Origin: Gammaproteobacteria bacterium
GTDB taxonomy: Bacteria > Pseudomonadota > Gammaproteobacteria > Steroidobacterales > MnTg04
DNA: 53,523 bases
Reading direction: 5' to 3'
Assembly (NCBI GenBank): GCA_036443455.1
Contig: JAZFYI010000077.1
Span: forward strand, 1-53,523
The notes under the pieces are model-generated. The model saw only the letters and a list, made by a program, of their open reading frames with translations, was not told the DNA's origin and made no database searches. The position numbers and the translations under genes are program-made. Positions 46,710-53,523 of the stretch are shown one piece after another. The first letter of the stretch is position 1; every line of letters begins with the position of its first letter.

Positions 46710-47576
46710 ATGGATCACACACACGATAAGTATTACATCCCTCACGGCAGCCATTGGCCGATCGTCGGCAGTTTCGCGCTGTTTGTGATGCTGGGCGGCT
46801 TCGCCGTCTACCTGAACGGCGCTGCAATCGGCGGCACGGCGTCGCTGTTTGGCCTGGCGGTACTGGTTGTGATGATGGCCGGCTGGTTTGGCAACGTAAT
46901 TACCGAAAGCATGGCGGGTTATTACAACCCCCAGGTGGACAAGTCCTTCCGCATGGGAATGATGTGGTTCATTTTTTCCGAAGTCATGTTCTTCGCCGCA
47001 TTTTTCGGGGCCTTGTTCTATGCCCGGCAACTGGCGATCCCCTGGCTCGGTGGCGAAGGAACCAAGTTCATGACCAACCTGATGCTCTGGCCGGGCTTCG
47101 AGGCGCTGTGGCCGAGCAACGGGCCGGCGCATGCAGGCGGTGAATTCGAAACGATGGCCGCGACGGGCCTGCCGGCAATCAACACCGCAATACTCCTGAG
47201 CAGCAGCGTCACCATTACCATCGCCCATCACGCGTTGAAAAACGGCAACCGCCTGCAGCTGAATCTCGGTGTGCTGGTGACGGTAATCCTGGGTTTTAGC
47301 TTTATTTATTTACAAGCCACGGAGTACATGCACGCCTATAGCGAACTCAACCTGAAACTCAGCACCGGAATCTATGGCTCGACGTTTTTTGTGCTGACCG
47401 GCTTCCACGGCCTGCATGTCACGGTAGGTGCAATATTCCTGACCGTGATCTGGTTTCGCATCTTGCGTGGCCATTTCACACCGCAGAAACATTTCGCCTT
47501 CGAGGCTGCCTCATGGTACTGGCATTTCGTCGATGTCGTTTGGCTGTGCCTGTACTTTTTCGTCTACTGGCTGTAG
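46710..47576 (+). CDS. ctaE: Cytochrome c oxidase subunit III
   Basis: ATG 46710 (MDHTHDKYYIPHGSHWPIVGS...). FF.LTGFHGLHV..G and WYWHFVDVVW are present. Confidence 0.95.
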   Translation: MDHTHDKYYIPHGSHWPIVGSFALFVMLGGFAVYLNGAAIGGTASLFGLAVLVVMMAGWFGNVITESMAGYYNPQVDKSFRMGMMWFIFSEVMFFAAFFGALFYARQLAIPWLGGEGTKFMTNLMLWPGFEALWPSNGPAHAGGEFETMAATGLPAINTAILLSSSVTITIAHHALKNGNRLQLNLGVLVTVILGFSFIYLQATEYMHAYSELNLKLSTGIYGSTFFVLTGFHGLHVTVGAIFLTVIWFRILRGHFTPQKHFAFEAASWYWHFVDVVWLCLYFFVYWL

Positions 47577-47593
47577 GCGACGGACAAAAGACC

Positions 47594-47625
47594 GGGGCGC
47601 CGTGGCCGCACGGCGCCCCTTTTTA
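47594..47625. terminator. Bidirectional intrinsic terminator between convergent ctaE and the DUF2909 gene
   Basis: GGGGCGCCGTG-GCCG-CACGGCGCCCC forms a perfect 11-bp stem. It is preceded by AAAAG and followed by TTTTTATTT. Confidence 0.75.
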
Positions 47626-47655
47626 TTTGATCGCCGTACGCTCCGGGCGCCGGTC

Positions 47656-47862
47656 TTATTGAGGAAGAATGCCGTGTGGCTGGATCAGACCGAAATACCA
47701 GGCGACCATGAGCAAGACAAACAATCCGACCGACATTCCGATTCGCCAGGTCAGCATCCGGACGACCCGATCCGTTTTTCCATCATCGCTGACCAGGTAA
47801 CGCAGTGCTGAGCCCAGGCTGATGAGGATGGCCAGCAGGATTAACAAGGCTAAAAGGCGCAT
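47656..47862 (-). CDS. Twin-transmembrane-helix small protein (DUF2909)
   Basis: 68 aa with two TM helices and a basic loop. This is the usual location of the family within proteobacterial cox clusters. Confidence 0.7.
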   Translation of the reverse strand: MRLLALLILLAILISLGSALRYLVSDDGKTDRVVRMLTWRIGMSVGLFVLLMVAWYFGLIQPHGILPQ

Positions 47863-47895
47863 GATGATTTACGGCGAGCCTCCGGTCGGACAAGT

Positions 47896-48660
47896 GTGAA
47901 ACTACAGTATATCGTGACCAGGAAAAAAAGCAGGGCTGAAAATACCGTCTGGTTGATTCCTTCAGCCGCGGCAGTCGTATGCTTCGTGCTATTTGCCGAC
48001 CTGGGACGATGGCAGTTGGAACGCGCACAGGAAAAAGACGCTTTGTTCGCCAGTTTCGAGCAACCGCAGCCGATGGCGGCGGCGTTGGGCCTGGCCAATC
48101 ATGACAACGCAGAGAAAAACCGCTACCAGCATAGAAAAGTTTACGGCCATTACGATAGCGCCCATCAATTCCTGCTCGATAACATGGTCCATGAAGGGCG
48201 CGTGGGTTTCCAGGTGCTGACGCCACTGATCCTGCCCGACCAGCGTCGGGCCCTGCTGATCAACCGTGGCTGGATTCCGCTCGCCGGCACGCGACAGGAT
48301 CTGCCATCGGTGGCAGTCGAGACCGGCTTGCGGCAACTGACGGGCCGCATCGACCGGCTGCCCAGAGCCGGATTTCGACCGGGACCCGGGGTCACCATGG
48401 ACCAGCGTGGCTGGCCGCGACTGGCCCTGTTCCCGACATCGGGCGAGCTCGAGGATGTGCTCGATTACCCCTTGTTCGGTTTTGTTTTGTTGCTGGACCA
48501 AGGCGAGCCCGATGGCTACCTGCGGCAATGGAGGCCAACGGTAATGAATGCCAACCGGCACCGTGGCTACGCTTTGCAGTGGTTCGCCATGGCCGCAACA
48601 ATATTGATCCTCTTCACGGTACTGTCCTGGAAATACTGGACACGGAGACCGCAACAATGA
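47896..48660 (+). CDS. SURF1 family cytochrome oxidase biogenesis protein
   Basis: LG.WQL.R...K, V.G.Y......LLDN....GR.G..VLTP and INRGW.P are present, with a C-terminal TM helix. Confidence 0.85.
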   Translation: MKLQYIVTRKKSRAENTVWLIPSAAAVVCFVLFADLGRWQLERAQEKDALFASFEQPQPMAAALGLANHDNAEKNRYQHRKVYGHYDSAHQFLLDNMVHEGRVGFQVLTPLILPDQRRALLINRGWIPLAGTRQDLPSVAVETGLRQLTGRIDRLPRAGFRPGPGVTMDQRGWPRLALFPTSGELEDVLDYPLFGFVLLLDQGEPDGYLRQWRPTVMNANRHRGYALQWFAMAATILILFTVLSWKYWTRRPQQ

Positions 48661-49286
48661 ATGCAGCAATTCCGCGCCGCACCGGGCGGACAAAACGCAG
48701 GATGGTGCCGCTGGTCGGCATGCTCTTCCTCGGCCCATTGCTGGTCGCTGCGCTAGTCTACTACGGCGGTGCAGGCTGGCGGCCGGCCGGCAACGTCGCC
48801 CAGGGAATGCTGTTCGACCCGGTGGAAAAACTGCCGGACAGCGCGCTGCGGGGCTTCGATGGAAGCAGCCTTGGCAAAGAGGCGCTGGATGGCCTCTGGA
48901 TACTGGTTTATCTGAGCCGGGGTCCTTGCGAAATCGAATGCCGGAAAAGCCTGTATGACACCCGCCAGATACGGGTGTTGCTGGGACAAAAGGACCGGCG
49001 CGTCCGCCGTCTCCTGATCGCCGGGGCGCCGCCGCCTGATTCCGCCTATCTCAGCGAGTATCATCCCGATCTGGTGGTCGCGACCGCAGCGAGCGCCGGC
49101 AGTGATTTCATCCAGGCCTTTGCCCGGGACCGGCAGCGTCTGGGTGACGAAGATATCCTGCGGCTGGACCGCGTATACATCGTGGACCCGCTGGGAAACC
49201 TGGTGATGGCCTACGAGTCAGGTTTTGACGCAAAGGGCCTGCTAAAAGATTTGCGCCGCCTGTTGCGCCTGTCGAGCATCGGTTAA
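48657..49286 (+). CDS. Membrane-anchored thioredoxin-fold/SCO-like protein with CxxxC
   Basis: The ATG at 48657 overlaps the SURF1 TGA (ATGA). It has an N-terminal TM helix. WILVYLSRGPCEIEC is a CxxxC motif, and VYIVDPLGNLVMAY resembles the SCO1/SenC IYL.DP.G.L pattern. Confidence 0.55.
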   Translation: MNAAIPRRTGRTKRRMVPLVGMLFLGPLLVAALVYYGGAGWRPAGNVAQGMLFDPVEKLPDSALRGFDGSSLGKEALDGLWILVYLSRGPCEIECRKSLYDTRQIRVLLGQKDRRVRRLLIAGAPPPDSAYLSEYHPDLVVATAASAGSDFIQAFARDRQRLGDEDILRLDRVYIVDPLGNLVMAYESGFDAKGLLKDLRRLLRLSSIG

Positions 49287-49308
49287 CCTGCCTGTCACCC
49301 GGAGATCA

Positions 49309-50370
49309 ATGGATATGGCGAAGCGCGCGCCAGCGAAAAAATATTACCGGCACCGCGGACCCAGCGCCGAGCTGATTCGTTTCAAAAAACTGGCCCTGTT
49401 GGCAACATTCCTGGCCTTGGTCGTCGTCGTGCTGGGCGCCTACACGCGCTTGTCGGATGCGGGCCTCGGTTGCCCTGACTGGCCCGGATGTTATGGCCGG
49501 ATCAGTGTACCGGCCACAGCCTCCGATATCTCGAGCGCACAGCAGGCCTTTCCCGACCGGCCGCTCGAGCAGGCCAAGGCCTGGATTGAAATGGTTCATC
49601 GGTATTTGGCCGGCACCCTGGGCCTGTTGGTGGCGGCGCTCGCGCTACTGGCATTGCTCAATCGCAAGGAAAAAAAACAGCCCGTACTGTTGCCGGTTCT
49701 GCTGGTGCCGCTGATTGTTTCCCAGGCCTTGCTGGGTATGTGGACGGTCACCTTGCTGCTCAAACCGGTCATCGTCGTGGCTCACCTGCTGGGGGGCATG
49801 GCGACCCTGGCGTTGCTGTGGTGGCTGGCGATGACGCCGGCGCGCGAGCAGACCGAAGCCGGCAATTCCCTGCTGGCGAAAGCGTCACTGCTGGCGCTGC
49901 TGTTGTTGAGCGCGCAGATTGCCCTGGGTGGCTGGACCAGCAGCAATTATGCGGCATTGGCCTGCCCCGATTTCCCGACTTGCCAGGATGCCTGGTGGCC
50001 GGAGACGGATTTCTATAGTGGTTTCGATTTACACCACCCGCTCGATGCGGAACTGGGCAGCGACTATGCAGGCGGCGTGCTCGAACATCCGGCCCGCGTT
50101 GCCATACACCTGAGCCACCGCATCGGCGCATTGATCGTCGTGGCCGTCAATCTGATGCTGGGCTTTTTGTTGTTCAGCCGTAGCGAAAATAATGCAGTCG
50201 CACAGTCGGGTATCGCATTGATAAGCATAACCGCGATCCAGGTTGCTATCGGGATTGCCATCGTCAGGTTTGGCCTGCCGCTGCCGCTCGCAACGGCGCA
50301 TAACGGCATGGCTGCCTTGTTGCTGCTCAGCCTGCTGACCACCAACCGGTTGCTGAGGCTGAAAATATGA
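49309..50370 (+). CDS. ctaA: Heme A synthase (COX15/CtaA)
   Basis: [14 protein letters not shown]......G and multiple TM helices with conserved His residues are present. Confidence 0.9.
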   Translation: MDMAKRAPAKKYYRHRGPSAELIRFKKLALLATFLALVVVVLGAYTRLSDAGLGCPDWPGCYGRISVPATASDISSAQQAFPDRPLEQAKAWIEMVHRYLAGTLGLLVAALALLALLNRKEKKQPVLLPVLLVPLIVSQALLGMWTVTLLLKPVIVVAHLLGGMATLALLWWLAMTPAREQTEAGNSLLAKASLLALLLLSAQIALGGWTSSNYAALACPDFPTCQDAWWPETDFYSGFDLHHPLDAELGSDYAGGVLEHPARVAIHLSHRIGALIVVAVNLMLGFLLFSRSENNAVAQSGIALISITAIQVAIGIAIVRFGLPLPLATAHNGMAALLLLSLLTTNRLLRLKI

Positions 50371-51224
50371 CCCTGCTGACCGAATACTTTGAGCTGACCA
50401 AACCGAAGGTCGTCGGCCTGATCGTGTTCACGGCGATCGTCGGCATGTTCCTGGCGGTCCCCGGTATGCCGCCGTGGCAAGCCATCGTATTCGGTACGCT
50501 GGGCATCGGGCTCGCGGCGGCCTCAGCGGCGGCGATCAACCATGTGCTCGACGCGCGTATCGATGCCGAGATGAAACGCACGCGGCATCGTCCCTTGCCG
50601 ACCGGTCACCTCAGCGAAAAACAGGCGACCGTTTTCGCCGTGCTGCTGGGCCTGCTCTCGATGCTGATCCTGGTACTCGCGGTAAATCCCCTGACTGCGC
50701 TGATGACTTTCATTTCGCTCATCGGTTACGCATTTGTCTATACCGTTTACCTGAAGCGCGCGACTCCGCAAAACATTGTCATCGGCGGCGCGGCCGGCGC
50801 GGCTCCGCCGGTGCTCGGATGGATGGCGGTGACCAATACGATCGACCCGAATGCCCTGTTGCTGTTCCTGATTATTTTCACCTGGACACCGCCGCATTTC
50901 TGGGCTCTTGCCATTGCGCGCAAGGATGAATACGCCAAGGTAAATATCCCGATGATGCCGGTGGTCTACGGCGTGAAATTTACCCGGCTGCAAATTCTTC
51001 TGTATACGATCCTGCTGTTCATCGTTTGCCTGCTGCCTTATTTCACCGGCATGTCCGGCCTGTTTTACCTGTTTGGCGCGGTCATGCTCGGCGGTGGATT
51101 CCTGTACTATGCCATCGCAATGATGACCCAGGATAAACCGGAACTGCCCATGCAGACTTTTGCCTACTCGGTCAATTACCTGGTGGCTTTGTTCGCCTTT
51201 CTCCTGGTTGACCATTACCTGTAG
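50367..51224 (+). CDS. cyoE: Protoheme IX farnesyltransferase (heme O synthase)
   Basis: [11 protein letters not shown]...D..ID..M.RT..RP and [10 protein letters not shown] are present. It overlaps ctaA by 4 nt. Confidence 0.95.
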   Translation: MTLLTEYFELTKPKVVGLIVFTAIVGMFLAVPGMPPWQAIVFGTLGIGLAAASAAAINHVLDARIDAEMKRTRHRPLPTGHLSEKQATVFAVLLGLLSMLILVLAVNPLTALMTFISLIGYAFVYTVYLKRATPQNIVIGGAAGAAPPVLGWMAVTNTIDPNALLLFLIIFTWTPPHFWALAIARKDEYAKVNIPMMPVVYGVKFTRLQILLYTILLFIVCLLPYFTGMSGLFYLFGAVMLGGGFLYYAIAMMTQDKPELPMQTFAYSVNYLVALFAFLLVDHYL

Positions 51225-51257
51225 CCTGTAGCCTTCCAGTTGTTACAATTCGCGACG

Positions 51258-53408
51258 ATGGATGTTTCCCCGATACTCGATCCCCTGAATGAAGCCCAGC
51301 GCGAGGCGGTAAGCACCGAGCAACAGGCGATGCTGGTATTGGCCGGCGCCGGCAGCGGGAAAACCCGGGTACTGGTCCATCGGATCGCCTGGCTGGTCGA
51401 GGTCGAGAAAGTCGCGCCGCGCAGTATCCTGGCGGTCACATTTACCAACAAGGCGGCCAGTGAAATGCGCGGCCGTATCGAAGCATTGCTCGGTCGACCC
51501 GCGACGGCCATGTGGGTCGGCACTTTCCATGGTCTGGCTCACCGGATTCTCCGGCAACACTGGCGGGAGGCCGAACTGCCGCAGACGTTCCAGATACTGG
51601 ATTCCGACGATCAACTGCGGCTGATCCGCCGCATGTTCAAAAACATGGGTGTCGATGAGACGCGCTGGATACCCCGGGAATTGCAATGGTTTATCAACGC
51701 GCAAAAAGACGAGGGTATCCGGCCGGCTCACATGGAAGATCGTGACGACGGCAACCGCCGTCAGATGATCAGGCATTATGCCGCCTACCAGGAGATTTGC
51801 GATAACAGCGGTGTCGTCGATTTCGCGGAACTCTTGTTGCGCGCCCACGAGTTGTGGTTAAAAAATGCCGAGCTGCTGGCGCACTACCGGAATCGTTTTT
51901 CGCACCTGCTGGTTGACGAATTTCAGGATACCAACACGATCCAGTATGCCTGGCTCAGGTTGCTGGCTGGCGAAACCGGTATCCCGTTTGCGGTCGGTGA
52001 CGACGATCAGTCGATTTATGGCTGGCGCGGCGCAAAGGTCGAAAACCTGTTCCAGTTTCAAAAGCATTACCCGAACGCCCTGCTGGTGCGCCTGGAGCAG
52101 AATTACCGCTCTACCGGCACCATACTCAAAGCCGCCAACGCGCTGATTGCCAACAACAGCGGCCGGCTGGGGAAAAACCTGTGGACTGAAGGTGCGGATG
52201 GCGATGCCATCAGGGTCTATGAAGGTTTTAACGAACGCGACGAAGCGGATTTTGTGCTGGGCCGGGTCAAAGACTGGATGGACAAAGGCAATCTGCGTTC
52301 GGAGCTGGCCATACTTTACCGCTCCAATGCCCAGTCAAGAATTTTCGAAGAAGCTTTTATGAATGCCGGCATCCCGTACCGGGTCTATGGCGGCTTGCGC
52401 TTCTTCGAGCGCCAGGAGATCAAGGATGCGCTGGCTTACCTGCGGTTGATCGCGAACCGCGACGACGACGGCTCATTTGAACGGGTCGTGAATCTGCCGC
52501 CACGCGGCATCGGCGCGAGGAGTATGGAAACGATCAGGCAGCATGCGCGCGCCAACGCCACATCGCTGTGGCAATCGGCGTCAAGCCTGGCGGGCGGCCA
52601 GTTGAGCAACCGGGCGGCGTCCGCGGTACGGAAATTTCTGGCGCTGATCGAAGACCTGGCTGGCGAGACTTCGAACCTGGAACTGTATGAGCGAGTCGAC
52701 GCCGTGATCCAGCGCAGCGGTCTGATCGAACACTATCGCAAGGAAAAGGGCGAGCGTGGCGAAGCCCGGATCGAAAACCTCGAAGAACTGGTTTCGGCGG
52801 CCCGCGGATATGAGCCAAACGATGAAATGGACATGGCGCCGATGGACGCCTTTCTCGCTCATGCGGCGCTGGAGTCCGGAGAAAACCAGGGCAACGCCTG
52901 GGAAGACTGCGTGCAACTGATGACCCTGCACAGCGCCAAGGGCCTGGAATTTCCAGTGGTTTTCCTGTGTGGGCTCGAAGACGGGTTGTTCCCGCATCAG
53001 CGATCGCTCGGCGATGCAGGCGGTCTCGAGGAGGAACGGCGGCTTTGTTATGTCGGGATGACGCGGGCGATGCGGCATCTGTACCTGACTTATGCAGGCC
53101 AGCGACGCCTGCATGGAATGGATAATTACCGCCATGCGTCGAGGTTTCTCAGCGAGATCCCGCGCGAATACACCGAGGAGGTTCGCAGCGGTTTTTCGGT
53201 CCGGCGTCCGCTCATGGGAGCCCGTTTCTCGGTGCCGGAAGAGACGGATGGCATGCGGCTCGGCCAGCAGGTACGGCACGATCGTTTTGGCGCCGGCGTG
53301 GTCATGGCCTGTGAGGGGCAGGGTGCGCACGCACGGGTCCAGGTAAATTTTGAATCTACCGGCACAAAATGGCTGGTTCTTGCTTATGCCGGCCTGGAAC
53401 TGATGTAG
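51258..53408 (+). CDS. uvrD: DNA helicase II (UvrD)
   Basis: ATG 51258 (MDVSPILDPLNEAQREAV). SF1 motifs are present: AGAGSGKT, VDEFQDTN, YRSN, LMT.H.AKGLEF, EEERRL.YVG.TRA. The C-terminal Tudor-like tail reads G..V.H..FG.G.V. Confidence 0.93.
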   Translation: MDVSPILDPLNEAQREAVSTEQQAMLVLAGAGSGKTRVLVHRIAWLVEVEKVAPRSILAVTFTNKAASEMRGRIEALLGRPATAMWVGTFHGLAHRILRQHWREAELPQTFQILDSDDQLRLIRRMFKNMGVDETRWIPRELQWFINAQKDEGIRPAHMEDRDDGNRRQMIRHYAAYQEICDNSGVVDFAELLLRAHELWLKNAELLAHYRNRFSHLLVDEFQDTNTIQYAWLRLLAGETGIPFAVGDDDQSIYGWRGAKVENLFQFQKHYPNALLVRLEQNYRSTGTILKAANALIANNSGRLGKNLWTEGADGDAIRVYEGFNERDEADFVLGRVKDWMDKGNLRSELAILYRSNAQSRIFEEAFMNAGIPYRVYGGLRFFERQEIKDALAYLRLIANRDDDGSFERVVNLPPRGIGARSMETIRQHARANATSLWQSASSLAGGQLSNRAASAVRKFLALIEDLAGETSNLELYERVDAVIQRSGLIEHYRKEKGERGEARIENLEELVSAARGYEPNDEMDMAPMDAFLAHAALESGENQGNAWEDCVQLMTLHSAKGLEFPVVFLCGLEDGLFPHQRSLGDAGGLEEERRLCYVGMTRAMRHLYLTYAGQRRLHGMDNYRHASRFLSEIPREYTEEVRSGFSVRRPLMGARFSVPEETDGMRLGQQVRHDRFGAGVVMACEGQGAHARVQVNFESTGTKWLVLAYAGLELM

Positions 53409-53451
53409 AATGCGCCGCGGGTAAGCGCGAAAAGCAACAAAAGGCGCTGAC

Positions 53452-53523
53452 ATGAAAATCATTATTCTCGGCGCGGGACAGGTAGGGCGCACGGCGGCCT
53501 ACCACTTGGCCAAGGAAGAGGCG
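53452..53523 (+). CDS. trkA: Trk system K+ uptake protein TrkA, N-terminal fragment (runs off window)
   Basis: MKIIILGAGQVGRTAAYHLAKEEA is the NAD-binding GxGxxG start typical of TrkA. Only 24 codons are visible. Confidence 0.5.
   Translation, partial: MKIIILGAGQVGRTAAYHLAKEEA

Noticed and set aside
1-53523. Search for tRNA or rRNA genes, CRISPR arrays, transposases, integrases and restriction or other defence genes.
   Set aside because: None found by eye. No T-loop GGTTCGA-type motifs occur in intergenic DNA, there are no regularly spaced repeats, and no recombinase-like ORFs.

Overview
This window looks like a gammaproteobacterial chromosome segment. Core lines are about 60% G+C, for example 38/60 at 8401-8460. 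Nearly all of it is conserved housekeeping DNA:

- **2.6-9.0 kb:** hemE-pyrF-dgt-aroB-aroK.
- **15.1-20.1 kb:** the type IV pilus operon pilMNOPQ, divergent from PBP1A (mrcA).
- **23.9-29.5 kb:** gltA, rpmE, hemW-rdgB-rph and a PP2C phosphatase.
- **29.8-37.9 kb:** yicC-gmk-rpoZ-spoT-ridA-recG-ubiC-ubiA.
- **38.2-43.0 kb:** a GMC oxidoreductase pair, comF and bioCD.
- **43.2-51.2 kb:** a complete aa3-type cytochrome c oxidase biogenesis cluster (coxB-ctaD-small protein-ctaG-ctaE, DUF2909, SURF1, a CxxxC protein, ctaA, cyoE).
- **51.3 kb to the end:** uvrD and the start of trkA.

Only the first ~2.6 kb looks accessory. It has lower G+C and carries short same-strand genes: a GNAT tail, a YrhB/Imm35 immunity protein, a nonsense-interrupted HhH gene, a Tat-exported intradiol dioxygenase and two VOC genes.

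I see no tRNA or rRNA genes, no CRISPR array, no transposase and no recognisable multi-gene defence system.

The most unusual signals are non-coding:

1. A 256-bp element at 10418-10673. Its 20-bp inverted repeats close a three-way junction and cover the ribosome-binding site and ATG of an outer-membrane barrel gene. That gene belongs to an RND/LolA-like/OMP cluster inserted between pilQ and aroK.
2. A 27% G+C intergenic tract between hemW and rpmE. It carries three perfect and two near-consensus DnaA boxes in a repeated opposed arrangement.

All functional readings of these two elements are inference and need experiments or whole-genome context.
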